Below are positions 39,641-51,000 of a DNA stretch of 64,000 nt, piece after piece; the first letter of the stretch is position 1, and the number at the start of each line of letters is the position of its first letter. The notes below the pieces were generated by a model. The model was not told the DNA's origin. It searched no databases and was given only the letters and a program-made list of their open reading frames with translations. A program made the position numbers and the translations under genes. Origin of the DNA: Thermoanaerobaculia bacterium (GTDB lineage: Bacteria; Acidobacteriota; Thermoanaerobaculia; UBA5066); the NCBI GenBank assembly GCA_963816185.1, contig CAWFJJ010000005.1, positions 96,001 through 160,000 on the forward strand, given 5' to 3'.

Positions 39641-40714
39641 ATGGAATTCGGCATCCTCGGGCTCGAGCTCTCCGGCAAGACGACTCTCTTCTCGCTCCTG
39701 ACCGGCCACCAGGCGGCCGCCGCGCCGCACAAGCGCGAGGCGCACGTAGGTATTGCGCACGTCCCCGATCCGCGCCTCGACAAGCTCACGGCGATGTTCA
39801 AGCCGAAGAAGCACACGCCCGCGACGGTCAAGTTCGTGGACGTGCCGGGCGTGACGAAAGGCGGCAGCCAGAGCCTGAACCTTCCCGAGCTCCGGCAGAT
39901 GGACGGCCTCGCGGTCGTCGTGCGGGGCTTCAAGTCCGAAGAAGTGCCGCATCCCGAGGGCTTCGTCGACCCCGCGCGCGACCTCGAGCTCCTCGAGACG
40001 GAGATGCTCCTCGCGGACCTTTCTGTCGTGACGAACCGGCTCGACCGCGTCCTCAAGGACGTCGCGAAGAAGAAGACGCCCGAGCTCGAGCTGGAGAAGA
40101 ACCTCCTGACGCGCTTTCGGGCGGCGCTCGACAAGGGCGAGCCCCTGCGGCCGTTCGAGGTCTCGCCGGACGAGGAGAAGCTCGTGCGCGGCTTCGGCCT
40201 CATGACGCAGAAACCGATGCTCGTGATCCTGAACGCGAGCGAAGACGAAGCCTCGGACCTCGCCGGGGCGCTCGGACGCGCGAAGCTCGACAAGTGGAAG
40301 GGTCAGCCGAAAGTCGCCTTCAGCGCGGTCTCGGCCCCGATCGAGCAGGAGATCGCCGCGATGTCGCCAGAGGACCAGGCCGAATTCCTGAAAGGCCTCG
40401 GCCTTCCGGACCGCGCTCTCGACCGGCTGCTCCACGCCGCGTACGACCTTCTCGGCCTGATCTCGTTCCTGACGGCGGGGGAGGATGAATGCCGGGCCTG
40501 GTCGATCCCGCGCGGCACGCATGCCGTTCAGGCGGCCGGCGTCATCCACACCGACTTCGAGAAGCACTTCATCAGGGCGGAGGTCGTGCCATTCCAGACG
40601 CTCGTCGAAACGGGCTCGCTCGCCCTGTGTCGCACGCACGGCACCCTGCGCCTCGAGGGCCGCGAGTACGTCGTGAAGGACGGCGACGTAATCAACTTTC
40701 GCGTCAGCGCCTGA
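39641..40714 (+). CDS. ychF: YchF/Ola1-family ribosome-associated ATPase
   Basis: GLELSGKTT, VPDPRLD, DVPG, LLGLISFLTAG, AAGVIHTDF..FIRAEV, VKDGDVINF (TGS domain). Confidence 0.9.
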   Translation: MEFGILGLELSGKTTLFSLLTGHQAAAAPHKREAHVGIAHVPDPRLDKLTAMFKPKKHTPATVKFVDVPGVTKGGSQSLNLPELRQMDGLAVVVRGFKSEEVPHPEGFVDPARDLELLETEMLLADLSVVTNRLDRVLKDVAKKKTPELELEKNLLTRFRAALDKGEPLRPFEVSPDEEKLVRGFGLMTQKPMLVILNASEDEASDLAGALGRAKLDKWKGQPKVAFSAVSAPIEQEIAAMSPEDQAEFLKGLGLPDRALDRLLHAAYDLLGLISFLTAGEDECRAWSIPRGTHAVQAAGVIHTDFEKHFIRAEVVPFQTLVETGSLALCRTHGTLRLEGREYVVKDGDVINFRVSA

Positions 40715-40802
40715 ATCTTGCAGCGCTCCCCGGTTGCTGCCGCTGAGGCGCATACTCGGGTCAAACACCTCCGGACATTCAGGCAGTTTTCGCGGAGCGC
40801 CG

Positions 40803-43571
40803 ATGTCTCTCGAGCCGGGCACGCGCATCGGTCCCTTCGAGGTCCTCGCCCTCCTCGGGGCGGGAGGGATGGGTGAGGTCTACCGAGCGAGAGATCCTCG
40901 CCTCGGACGCGACGTCGCGGTAAAGGTGCTGCCGGAAGGATTCTTTGAAGGTGAAGAGAGGAGGCAGCGATTCGAGAGGGAAGCGAAGCTGCTGGCCTCG
41001 CTGAGCCACCCGAACATCGCGGCGATCTACTCATTCGAGGAAATCCCCTCTTCGTCGTCTTCGACGCGCCATCTTCTCGTCATGGAGCTCGTCGAGGGCG
41101 AGGGACTCGACCAGAAGATCGCATCCGGTCCTCTTCCGCTCGAAGAGTCTCTCTCGTACGCCGAGCAAATCGCCGAGGCCCTCGAGGCCGCGCACGAAAG
41201 GGGGATCGTGCACCGGGATCTCAAGCCAGCGAACGTCGCCATCTCGACCGAAGGCAAGGTCAAGCTCCTGGACTTCGGTCTCGCAAAGGCCTTCGAGCGC
41301 GACCCCTCGTCGGCGGAGCTTTCGCAGTCGCCGACACTCACGGCTCGAGGCACGGCCGCGGGCGTCGTACTCGGGACCGCGGCATACATGTCGCCGGAGC
41401 AGGCGCGTGGCCGGCCGCTCGACAGGCGGTCCGACATCTTCTCCTTCGGATGTCTTCTCTACGAGTGTCTCGCGGGCCGAAGGGCGTTCGGGGGCCAGAC
41501 GACCTCGGACATGATGGCGGCCGTCCTGACGGCAGAGCCCGACTGGTCGTCGCTCCGTGCAAACACCTCGCCGCGTCTGGCCGCCCTGCTCCGGCGCTGC
41601 CTGCAGAAGGATCCGGCACGGCGGCTTCGCGACATCGGCGATGCGCGCCTGGAGATCGAGGAGATCCGGTCGGAGGGATCCGCGCCGTTCCGGAGGGCCG
41701 GCTCGGTCGCCGGCGGGGGCGGTCCCGCTGCCGCAAGGCCGCGCGCGCCTCTCGTGTGGGGACTCGCCGGTCTCGTCGCCGGGGCACTCATCGTTCTGGC
41801 CGGCGTGAAGCTCGCGGGCCGTGCGGGAACCCCGTCTGTCGTCCCCTCGATACGCGCCGTCCTACCCCTCCCGGAGGGAAGCAGGATCTGGTTCGGGTTG
41901 TACCCCACCGTCGCGCTTTCGCCGGACGGTACGACGGCCGTTTTTCGGGCCAGCGATGCGGGCGTCGGACGCCTGTACCGGCGCCGGCTGGCCGGGGGAG
42001 AGGCGGAGCCGATTCCGGGCACGGAGGGGGGATGGGGGCCGTTCTTCTCTCCCGACGGCGAGTGGATCGGTTTTGCCACGCTGACGGAGCTGAAGAAGGT
42101 GCCGATGTCGGGCGGAGCGCCGAGCCGGATCGTCGAGCTTCCACCGGTTTCTCACGGGGCGACCTGGATATCCGACGGCTCGGTCGTCGTGGCCCGCGGG
42201 AACAACAACGGTCTCTACCGGATCGCTTCGTCCGGAGGTCCTCTCGAGCTTTTCCTCCCGCTTGATGCGGCTCGCGGCGAGCACGCGCTCCTCTGGCCGC
42301 AGGCGCTTCCTCGCGGCCGGGGCGTTCTCGCCACGATCGTCCGAGGCGAGGACTTCCAGGACATTCCGAGCGCCGAGGCGGCGGTCATCGAGCCCGCCAC
42401 CGGAAGACGCCATGTCCTGATCGAGGGAAGCACGTTCGCTCGTGTGGTGCCTCCCGGCTGGCTCGTCTTCGTGCGGGGCGGTTCGGTGTTCGCGGTCCGG
42501 CTCGATCTCTCGCACCTCCGGATCGAGGGAACTCCCGTCGCCGTCCGCGAACCCTTCGCCGTGGGCGCCTCGGCGGGCACGGCCAGCTTCGACGTCACGA
42601 ACGACGGAACGCTCGTCTTCGTCGAGGGGGGCCTCGTCCCGGAAGCCGTGACGTCCGTCGTTCTTCTCGACCGCGCGGGGCGCGAAACCATCCTGCCCCT
42701 CCCTCCGGGCGAGTACGACGACCCGGTCTTTTCGCCCGACGGCCGCCGCATCGCCGTGCAGAGGTGCGTCCTCATGTCTTGCAAGCTCCATGTCTTCGAC
42801 CGCGATCGCGGGGTCCTCTCGCCCCTCGCAACGGAGCCCGGTCGCTTCTTCGCTCCGGTCTGGTCGCCCGACGGCCGGCAGGTCGCCTTCTCGCACCTGA
42901 TGTCGAACGAGCCGCGAGCCGCGGTGCGGGCCGCCGACGGCAGCGGAGCCATCAGGCCGTTCCCGACGAAGGGCGACGACGCCGAGTTTCCGAACTCGTG
43001 GTCGCCGGACAACCGGTACCTTCTTTACACGGTCGCCTACGACACCGACCGGGGCGAGCTGCGCCGGCGAGGGACGTCCGACCTCTGGCTCCTCCCGCTG
43101 GACGGCTCGGGCCCGGCGCGCCCCTGGTTCGAGAGCCCGGCGCGTGAGGGCTCGGCCGCGATCTCGCCCGATGGGCGGTGGGCGGCGTACGTATCCAACG
43201 AAACGGGGCGCTTCGAGGTCTACGTCCGGCCGTTCCCGGAGGGAATGTCGAAGTTGAAGATCTCGCAGGATGGCGGGATCGAGCCGGCCTGGACGCGGAG
43301 CGGACGCGAGGTCGTGTACCGGGACCGCGATCGCTTCCTCGCCGCGGAGTTCCGTCCCGGCGCGGAGGCCACCGCGGGGACGCCCAAGCTGCTCTTCTCC
43401 GCGCATGTCGCCTCGGGCGGCGGCCGGACGGACACGCCGCGGAACTACGACGTCACGCGGGGGGGCGAGGAGTTCGTCGCGGTCCGGCCGGAGCGCCCCG
43501 AGAAGAAAGAAAACCGGCTCGCGATCGTGACACGTTGGAGCGCTGGTCTCGAGCAGTCCGCCCGAAAGTAA
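40803..43571 (+). CDS. Hanks-type Ser/Thr kinase with TM helix and TolB/PD40 beta-propellers
   Basis: GAGGMGEVY, HRDLKPAN, DFGLAK, YMSPEQ; repeated (F/W)SPDG. Confidence 0.95.
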   Translation: MSLEPGTRIGPFEVLALLGAGGMGEVYRARDPRLGRDVAVKVLPEGFFEGEERRQRFEREAKLLASLSHPNIAAIYSFEEIPSSSSSTRHLLVMELVEGEGLDQKIASGPLPLEESLSYAEQIAEALEAAHERGIVHRDLKPANVAISTEGKVKLLDFGLAKAFERDPSSAELSQSPTLTARGTAAGVVLGTAAYMSPEQARGRPLDRRSDIFSFGCLLYECLAGRRAFGGQTTSDMMAAVLTAEPDWSSLRANTSPRLAALLRRCLQKDPARRLRDIGDARLEIEEIRSEGSAPFRRAGSVAGGGGPAAARPRAPLVWGLAGLVAGALIVLAGVKLAGRAGTPSVVPSIRAVLPLPEGSRIWFGLYPTVALSPDGTTAVFRASDAGVGRLYRRRLAGGEAEPIPGTEGGWGPFFSPDGEWIGFATLTELKKVPMSGGAPSRIVELPPVSHGATWISDGSVVVARGNNNGLYRIASSGGPLELFLPLDAARGEHALLWPQALPRGRGVLATIVRGEDFQDIPSAEAAVIEPATGRRHVLIEGSTFARVVPPGWLVFVRGGSVFAVRLDLSHLRIEGTPVAVREPFAVGASAGTASFDVTNDGTLVFVEGGLVPEAVTSVVLLDRAGRETILPLPPGEYDDPVFSPDGRRIAVQRCVLMSCKLHVFDRDRGVLSPLATEPGRFFAPVWSPDGRQVAFSHLMSNEPRAAVRAADGSGAIRPFPTKGDDAEFPNSWSPDNRYLLYTVAYDTDRGELRRRGTSDLWLLPLDGSGPARPWFESPAREGSAAISPDGRWAAYVSNETGRFEVYVRPFPEGMSKLKISQDGGIEPAWTRSGREVVYRDRDRFLAAEFRPGAEATAGTPKLLFSAHVASGGGRTDTPRNYDVTRGGEEFVAVRPERPEKKENRLAIVTRWSAGLEQSARK

Positions 43572-43688
43572 CGCAGCGTCCGGAACGACGACCGAGGCGT
43601 TGGGCGGACGCTCGCGACGTTCCATGACGCAAATGCCTCATGTACGTCTTCGGCCCGGACCCCACGTTGAAAGCGGGGGACCGAGAAA

Positions 43689-45440
43689 ATGGAAACCTTT
43701 GCGCTCAAATACGAATCCAAAGGTGCGACGACATCAGAGGTGCCGTACCGCGGCACGCGCCTCCTCCGGCATCCCATGTACAACAAAGGAACGTCCTTCA
43801 ACGCGCAGGAACGGAAGGACTTCGGGCTTGAAGGGTTGCTGCCAACCGCCGTGAGCACCATGGAGCAGCAGGAACGGCGGATCTACGCCAATATCTCGCG
43901 GAAGCCGGACCCGTTCGAAAAGTACATCGGCCTGGCGGCCTTGCAAGACCGCAACGAGCATCTCTTCTACCGCCTCCTGATCGACCACGTGGAGGAGTTC
44001 CTGCCCATCGTCTATACGCCCACGGTGGGCCGGGTGTGCCAGGAGTTCAGCCACATCTTCCGGCGCGCCCGCGGGCTCTGGATCACGCCCGCGCACCGCG
44101 GGCGAATCTACGAGGTTCTCGGCAACGCTCCGTTCGACGACGTCCGTCTCATCGTCGTGACCGACAACGAGCGCATCCTCGGGCTCGGCGACCAGGGCGC
44201 CGGGGGCATGGGGATTCCGATCGGCAAGCTCGCGCTCTACACGACGGCCGCGGGTATCCACCCGTCGCACACGCTTCCGATCAGTCTCGACGTCGGTACG
44301 GACAACGAATCGCTCCTCAAGGACGAGCTCTACCTCGGCTGGCGGCTTCCGCGCCTGCGCGGCCCGGAGTACGACTCGTTCGTCGAGGAATTCGTCCAGG
44401 CCGTGAAGAAGCGCTTCCCGAAGGCGCTCCTGCAATGGGAGGACTTCAAGAAGGTCAACGCCTTCCGGCTGCTGGATCGCTACCGGAAGGTGATCACCTG
44501 CTTCAACGACGACATCCAGGGCACCTCCGCCGTGGCCACGGCCGGCATCATGGCGGGCTGCCGGGCGACCGGGATTCCGTTCAAGGACCAGCGCGTCGTC
44601 ATCCTGGGGGCGGGCGCGGCCGGGGTCGGCATCGCCCGGCTGCTGCGCGACACGTTCCGGCGCGCGGGCCTCGAAGGCGAGAGCCTGACTCGCGCGATCG
44701 CGAACCTCGACAGCCGCGGGCTCGTCGTGGACGACACGGAGATCAAGGACGTCCACAAGCGGGACTTCGCATGGCCGGCGGCTCTCGCGGAGAAGATGGG
44801 TCTCAAGAAGGGCTCGCCGCGGGATCTCCTGGCCGTCGTCCGGGCGGTGAAGCCCACGGTCCTGATCGGCACGTCCGCCGAACCGGGCACGTTCACGGAA
44901 GCGATCGTGCGTGAGATGGCGAAACACGTCGAACGGCCCGTCATCTTCCCGATGTCGAACCCGACGAGCAAGAGCGAAGCAAAGCCCGCGGATCTCGTCG
45001 CCTGGACGAACGGACGCGCGCTCATCGCCACCGGAAGCCCGTTCGACCCGGTGCCTTACCAGGGCCGGATGATCACGATCGGCCAGGGCAACAACGTCTT
45101 CATCTTTCCCGGCGTCGGACTCGGCGTCCTCGTGGCCCAGGCGAAGGAGGTCACCGACGGGATGTTCGCCGTGGCCGCGCAGCGGCTCGCCGACGAGGTG
45201 AAACCCTCGGATCTCGCTTCCGGAAGCCTCTTCCCGTCCGCGCACGAGATCAGGCGCATCAGCGCGCGAATCGCCGAGGCGGTCGTGGTCGAGGCGCGGA
45301 ACTCGGGTGTGGGGCGGCCGATCCCCGACGCGGAGATCCCGAAAGCGGTCGCCGCGATGATCTGGGAGCCGGCCTATCTCCCGATGGTGCCGGCGCCCAC
45401 TCACGCGGAGATGCCGAAACTCTCGCCGGTTCTCGTCTGA
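43689..45440 (+). CDS. maeA: NAD-dependent malic enzyme
   Basis: NKGTSF, PIVYTPTVG, RILGLGD, FNDDIQGT, GAGAAG, SNPTS, QGNNVFIFPG. Confidence 0.95.
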   Translation: METFALKYESKGATTSEVPYRGTRLLRHPMYNKGTSFNAQERKDFGLEGLLPTAVSTMEQQERRIYANISRKPDPFEKYIGLAALQDRNEHLFYRLLIDHVEEFLPIVYTPTVGRVCQEFSHIFRRARGLWITPAHRGRIYEVLGNAPFDDVRLIVVTDNERILGLGDQGAGGMGIPIGKLALYTTAAGIHPSHTLPISLDVGTDNESLLKDELYLGWRLPRLRGPEYDSFVEEFVQAVKKRFPKALLQWEDFKKVNAFRLLDRYRKVITCFNDDIQGTSAVATAGIMAGCRATGIPFKDQRVVILGAGAAGVGIARLLRDTFRRAGLEGESLTRAIANLDSRGLVVDDTEIKDVHKRDFAWPAALAEKMGLKKGSPRDLLAVVRAVKPTVLIGTSAEPGTFTEAIVREMAKHVERPVIFPMSNPTSKSEAKPADLVAWTNGRALIATGSPFDPVPYQGRMITIGQGNNVFIFPGVGLGVLVAQAKEVTDGMFAVAAQRLADEVKPSDLASGSLFPSAHEIRRISARIAEAVVVEARNSGVGRPIPDAEIPKAVAAMIWEPAYLPMVPAPTHAEMPKLSPVLV

Positions 45441-45465
45441 AGTCCTCTTCGAAAGGCGCCCCCGC

Positions 45466-45497
45466 GCGCCCGTGCCCGAAAGGCACGGGCGCTTTTT
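45466..45497 (+). terminator. Rho-independent terminator after the malic enzyme gene
   Basis: GCGCCCGTGCC-loop-GGCACGGGCGC followed by TTTTT. Confidence 0.85.
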
Positions 45498-45514
45498 CTC
45501 TCAGGGCGGGCGCG

Positions 45515-46885
45515 TCAGTCTGCCTTCATCGCCCAGCGGAAGATCTCGGGCAGCGTGGGCTTCTTGCCGTACATGAGGATGCCCACGCGGTAGATTCGCC
45601 CCGCGAACCACGCGACGGCGACGATCGTCGCGACGAGAAGCGCGACGGACGTCGCGATCTGCCAGAGCGGCGGCGTCTGGACGGAGATGCGCATGAACAT
45701 CATGAGCGGCGCCGTGAACGGGAAGAAGGAGAGCACCGTCGCGAGCGTGCCGTTCGGCTGGTTGAACGCGAAGAACCACGTCGTCGACGTGAGAATCAAC
45801 ATCATGCCGGGGATCATGACGAACTGCTGCGCCTCCTGCTCCGTGTTGAAGGGCGCCGAGAGCGCGGCGTAGAGCGAGGAGTAGAGGAAGTACCCGAGCA
45901 GGAAGAAGAGGACGAACGCGCCGATCGTCCCGACGGGGATGTGCGGTAAGCCCTCGGTCATGCCGAGAACGGCCACGGCGCCCGGGACGGTGACGGCGAG
46001 TGCGAGACACGCCCAGACCGCGTACTGCGTGAGGCCGACGAGGCCGATCCCGAGGATCTTCCCGAGCATGAGCGTCGTCGGCCTGACCGACGAGACGATC
46101 ACCTCCACGATGCGGTTGTTCTTCTCCTCGAGGACGCCGCGCATGATGTAGGCGCCGTAGATGAAGATCGAGATGTAGATGAGGAAGGTGAACACTCCCG
46201 AGATCGCGAGGTTCATGCCGACGTTCTTGCCGCTCTCGCCGCTCTCGATTTCCTTGGCCTCGTGCGGCTCGAGGTCCACGCGGAGGCGGGCCGCGTCGTA
46301 CAGACTCGGATCGACGCCCCGGTCCTTGAGGCGCTCCTTCGTCGCCGCGCGGGAAATGTAGCTCGCGATCTGCTCGCGCATGACGACCTCGGCCTTGACG
46401 GATTGGGCGCGCCACTCGGCGGCGCCCGTCTCCAGCGTCTGCGGCGTCAGGACGATGTACGCCTTGATGCGCCCCTTCTGGACGTCGTCGTTGAGCTTCT
46501 TGCGCACGGAGGGGAGCGTCTCGGGCGTCGCGTCCACCTTGAAGAGATCGAGCTGCGTCGTGATCTTCGGCTTCTGCGCCTGGGTCGCCTTCTCGAGAGT
46601 CTCGGCATCCGAAAGCTTCTCTTTCTTCTTCGCGTCGGCCTTCTTCGTCTCGTCCTCGTCCCCGGGCCGCGCCTTGTACTCGGCGACGATCCCGTCGTAG
46701 AGCCGGCCGGAGAGATCCACGACGCCGATGCGGCCCTTCGCGACGAGCGTCCTCTGGAGCGCGACCTGCACGAAGATGAAAACGAGGAAGAGCGACGGGA
46801 TCAGGAACGTCGCGATCCAGAATGCCTTCGTCCGGACCTGCTGGAGGTACTCCCGCCTGATGATCGCGAAAAGCTTCGAGCTCAT
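45515..46885 (-). CDS. ABC-2 type exporter permease (NatB/YhaP-like)
   Basis: IIRREYLQQVRTKAF, EEKNNRIVEVIVSS, GKILG, IYRVGILMYGK. Confidence 0.92.
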   Translation of the reverse strand: MSSKLFAIIRREYLQQVRTKAFWIATFLIPSLFLVFIFVQVALQRTLVAKGRIGVVDLSGRLYDGIVAEYKARPGDEDETKKADAKKKEKLSDAETLEKATQAQKPKITTQLDLFKVDATPETLPSVRKKLNDDVQKGRIKAYIVLTPQTLETGAAEWRAQSVKAEVVMREQIASYISRAATKERLKDRGVDPSLYDAARLRVDLEPHEAKEIESGESGKNVGMNLAISGVFTFLIYISIFIYGAYIMRGVLEEKNNRIVEVIVSSVRPTTLMLGKILGIGLVGLTQYAVWACLALAVTVPGAVAVLGMTEGLPHIPVGTIGAFVLFFLLGYFLYSSLYAALSAPFNTEQEAQQFVMIPGMMLILTSTTWFFAFNQPNGTLATVLSFFPFTAPLMMFMRISVQTPPLWQIATSVALLVATIVAVAWFAGRIYRVGILMYGKKPTLPEIFRWAMKAD

Positions 46886-46887
46886 GG

Positions 46888-47673
46888 CTATTTCAGCTCC
46901 TCGGCGGTCGGAGCCTCGAGGCCCGACTCCTGAACGCACTTGATGAAGATCTTCTCCAGCTCCGGCTCGGGCTCGACCGGCGGCGGCAGCGGCACCCTGC
47001 CGAGATATGCATGCTTGATGTCTTTTAAAGTGCCGTCGAGGATCTTCCTGCCGCGGAAGAGAAGCGCGATCGAGCCGCACATCTTCTCGGCCTGCTCGAG
47101 GACGTGCGTCGAGAAGATGACCGTCTTACCCTGCCTCTTGAACTCCGTCAGGAAGTCTTTGACGAGGATCACGTTCATCGGATCGAGACCGGAGAACGGC
47201 TCGTCGAGGATGAGCACCTCCGGGTCGTGCACGAGCGTGCCGAGGAACTGCACCTTCTGCTGCATGCCCTTGCTCAGCTCCTCGGTCTTCTTCTGGAGCC
47301 ACGGCCTGAGGTCCATCGAGTCGATCCAGGGCGAGAGGCGCTTCATCGCCGTGTTCTTGTCCACGCTCTTGATCGAGGCGAAGAAGAGAAGCTGGTCGAC
47401 GACCTTCATCTTCCGGTAGAGGCCGCGCTCCTCGGGCAGGTAGCCGATCCTCTCCTGCAGCGAGTCGCTCATCTTCTCGCCGAGCACGCGGATCTCGCCC
47501 GCATCCGGCTTCGTGATGTTCATGATCATCCGGATCGTGGTCGTCTTGCCGGCGCCGTTCGGGCCGAGGAGTCCGAACGTCGTTCCGTGCGGGATCTCCA
47601 GGTCGAGGCCGTCGACGGCCGCGAATTTGCCGAACCGCTTCACGACACCCTGGAGAGAGATCGCGGCCGACAT
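46888..47673 (-). CDS. ABC exporter ATP-binding protein
   Basis: GPNGAGKTT, YLPEERGLY, LSKGMQQK, LDEPFSGLD. Confidence 0.95.
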   Translation of the reverse strand: MSAAISLQGVVKRFGKFAAVDGLDLEIPHGTTFGLLGPNGAGKTTTIRMIMNITKPDAGEIRVLGEKMSDSLQERIGYLPEERGLYRKMKVVDQLLFFASIKSVDKNTAMKRLSPWIDSMDLRPWLQKKTEELSKGMQQKVQFLGTLVHDPEVLILDEPFSGLDPMNVILVKDFLTEFKRQGKTVIFSTHVLEQAEKMCGSIALLFRGRKILDGTLKDIKHAYLGRVPLPPPVEPEPELEKIFIKCVQESGLEAPTAEELK

Positions 47674-47830
47674 GCGGGTTTTCCTCCTGAATCAGGTTCG
47701 GACGATATACGCGCAGAGCGGGTCGAAGTTTAGGCGACGCGTGACGAGCGCCTCCGACGTGCCGCGAATGCAGGGACTTGCGCCGCCCGCCCCCTTCCGC
47801 TAGTGTCTCCTCTCCGCGCGGTTCTCGCGT

Positions 47831-47908
47831 GCGCCCATAGCTCAACTGGATCAGAGCGTTTGACTACGGATCAAAAGGTTGGGGGTTCGACTCCTCCTGG
47901 GCGCACCA
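47831..47908 (+). tRNA. tRNA-Arg(ACG)
   Basis: GCGCCCA...TGGGCGC-A-CCA; anticodon arm TTTGA-CTACGGA-TCAAA; T-loop TTCGACT. Confidence 0.96.
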
Positions 47909-47914
47909 ACTATC

Positions 47915-47949
47915 CCCTCGCCGTGGAAGAACTTCGAACGCGCGCCGTC
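47915..47949 (+). repeat. Direct repeat copy 1 (CCCTCGCC-N6-GAACTTCGAACGCGCGCCGTC)
   Basis: 8-bp and 21-bp blocks identical to 51405-51439. Confidence 0.85.
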
Positions 47950-48052
47950 TAGCCCATCGAGCGTAACGCTTCATCGAAGGCTATGCATGTGCATCAGGCG
48001 CTCGCGACGCCGATTCGTTTAGCCTCGCGTACGATGAACCCATAAGAGGTCA

Positions 48053-51000
48053 ATGATGCGACAGAGTCGCAAGAGGTCGTCTTGGCCCATTCTGGCAATG
48101 CTGTTGGGAGTCCTCGCGGCATCGCCTGTCAGCGCTCAGTCCTACCAGGTTCTTCATGCCTTCAGCCCCTCTCCGACGAGCCCGCGGACACCGCTCGTGC
48201 AGGGAACCGACGGCAACTTCTACGGGACGACGTCCGACGCGGAGGAGGGCGGCAGCGGCTCGATCTTCAGGATAACGACCGCCGGAGCGGTGACCACGCT
48301 GTACCGCTTCTCAGGGCCGGACGGAACCGCGCCGAACGGCCTCGTCCAGGCTAGCGACGGCAACTTCTATGGAACGACTGCCGGGGGAGGCGCGAACGGC
48401 GGCGGAACGGTCTTCAGGCTGACCCCGATCGGCGCACTGACGACCCTCTACTTCTTCTCCGGCGGCGACGGGTACCATCCGGTCGCCGGTCTGATTCAGG
48501 GGAGCGACGGCAATCTGTACGGGACGACATCCGCCGGCGGTCTCAATGAACAGGGAATCGCGTTCCGGGTTTCACTCTCCGGTGTTTTGACGAGACTCCA
48601 CGACTTCTCGGGAGCGGATGGGGCGTTTCCAAACAGCCTCGTTCAGGGAACCGACGGGTACCTCTACGGGACGACGTCGCTGGGAGGAAGCGGGGACTGC
48701 GGCACCGTCTTTCGGATGACCGCGGCTGGCGCCGTGACGAGCCTCTACTCGTTCTCGTTGCCCCCGCATTACGGCACGATCGGCCCCTCCGATCTCGTTC
48801 AGGGGAGCGACGGCGATTTCTACGGAACGACCTCGGGAGGGGGAGGCGGCGGCGTCGGAATGGTCTACAAGATAACGCCGGCCGGGGCGGTGACGACGCT
48901 GGATTCCTTCTACGCCGGAGGTCCGGAGTATCCGAGCGGCATCATCGTGGGTGCGGACGGGGCGTTCTACGGGACCTCGACGTCGGGCGGCGAAAACGGC
49001 GTCGGGGTGGTCTTCAGGATGAGCCCCTCGGGAGACGTCACGACGTTGTTCTCTTTCTCAGGAGGCGACGGTGGTACGCCCGGTGCGCGCCTTGTCCAGG
49101 GGAACGACGGCAACCTTTACGGAACGACCTCGTCGGGCGGCACGGCCTTCGACGGAACGGTCTTCAGGATCACCCTATCCGGGGTTTTGACCTCGCTCTT
49201 CTCCTTCACGAACGGCGAGGGGTCCGGGCCTTCTGCCGGCCTCGTGCAAGCGAGCGACGGGAGTTTTTACGGCACGACTTTCCGGGGCGGCGTGTTCGGA
49301 TACGGCACCGTTTTCAGTTTGGCTCCGTCAGGCACGTTCGCGACCGTGCACTCGTTTCTGGGTGATGACGGGGCCGGGTCATTCGCCGTCCTCGTGGAGG
49401 GGAGCGCGGGCAATCTGTACGGAACGACACGCGACGGCGGCACGACGGGTTGGGGGACGCTGTTCTCCGTGACGACCGGGGGGGTCCTCTCGAGCCTCCA
49501 TTCCTTTTCGGTCGGCGATGGGTCCGACCCTGTCTCGGGTCTCGCTCAGGGGTCAGACGGGAATTTCTACGGCACCACGTACGACGGCGGCGGAACCAAC
49601 CGGGGCACCGTCTTCCGGATGACGCCCGGAGGAGCAGTCACGACGCTGTACTCCTTCTCGGGAAACGACGGCTCGAATCCGAGTACGAGCCTTGTCCCGG
49701 GGAACGACGGAAACTTCTACGGCACGACGCTCTTCGGCGGTGCGGGCTACGGGACCATTTTCCGGATCACCCCCGCTGGAGGCCTGACGACGCTTCAAGC
49801 GTTCTCAGGAACGAACTCGGCGTTTCCGAACGGTCTCACCTTGGGCCGCGACGGGAACTTCTACGGAACGACCAGGGGACAGTTTTCCCCAGGCTGCGAG
49901 ATCTTCAGGATGACCCCTTCCGGGACCCTCACGACGCTTTATGTGTTTCCGGCGAGCTTCGCTGTCGATTGTCCCGCTGGCCCTCTCCTGCAAGGTGCGA
50001 ACGGAGATTTCTTCGGGACGACGTACGGCGGCGGCACCAACTCTGAGGGGAGCATCTTCGAGATGACCCCGGCGGGGAGCCTGACCACGTTGTACTCGTT
50101 CTTCGGGCCCGAGGGCTCGAGCCCGCTTGCGCCCTTGGCCCAGGGAGCCGACGGTGACCTCTACGGGGCGACGAACCTCGGCGGGCCATCGAACATCGGC
50201 GTCATCTTCCGCTTCAATCCATCGGGACCGCCGACTCCTCAGGCGGTCGTGAGCGGCGGTGGGTCCATCTGTCCGGGACGCTCGACCAGCGTCCAGGCAG
50301 CGCTGACGGGCACTGCACCGTGGAGCCTGACCTGGTCCGACGGGTTCACCCAGACCGGGATCACGGCATCTCCGGCGAGCCGCACAGTGTCTCCCCAATC
50401 GACGATCGTCTACACGCTGTCCGCCATCTCGGATGCGAACGGCCCGGGTCTTTCGTCCGGGTCGGCGACGGTGCTTGTCACACAACCGCTCTCGGCAGTG
50501 ATGATCTCGCCCACGACGCCGGTCCTTCTGTGCGCCGGGTCGTCGGGAACCTCCGCCTCCCTCAACGCGGTTTCCGTCGGAGGGGGAACATCCACCTATC
50601 AGTGGGGCTATCGCACCGTTTCCGGGGGCGCCATCACGCCGATTCAGGGGCTGGTCGGCTACTACGCGTATTTCGGAGGAACCTCTTTCCCGGGACCGGG
50701 TAACTACCTGATGGTTGTAACCGCGACTCCGTCCTGCGGCAGCCCGATGGTCTCGAACGAAGTCCCGGTCACGGTCGTACCGGCTCTCGACAACCCAATC
50801 ATCACGGCTCCTGCCTGGGTCGCGCCGGGCGCCGCGAACCTGACGGCCTCGGTCGCTGCGCAGGCGGGCGTGAGTTATAGCTGGATGATGAGCAATGGAT
50901 TCATCACGGGCGGCGGCGGCACCAATCAGATCACGTTCACCGCGGGCACTACCGGAACCGTGACCCTCTCTGTCGCGGAGTACACGTCAGCATGCTCGAC

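Noticed and set aside
36725-40828. 1367-aa ORF as a fusion protein
   Set aside because: The N-terminal part is antisense to ychF and runs through tRNA-Glu; the protease starts at 39460
47929-47950. Direct repeat as a sigmaE-type promoter (GAACTT...GTC)
   Set aside because: The spacer is only 12 nt, shorter than typical ECF promoters; kept only as an alternative explanation
48053-50220. Periodic ~150-bp DNA repeats as a CRISPR array or DGR
   Set aside because: Degenerate in-frame protein repeats; no identical repeats with spacers, no cas or reverse transcriptase gene
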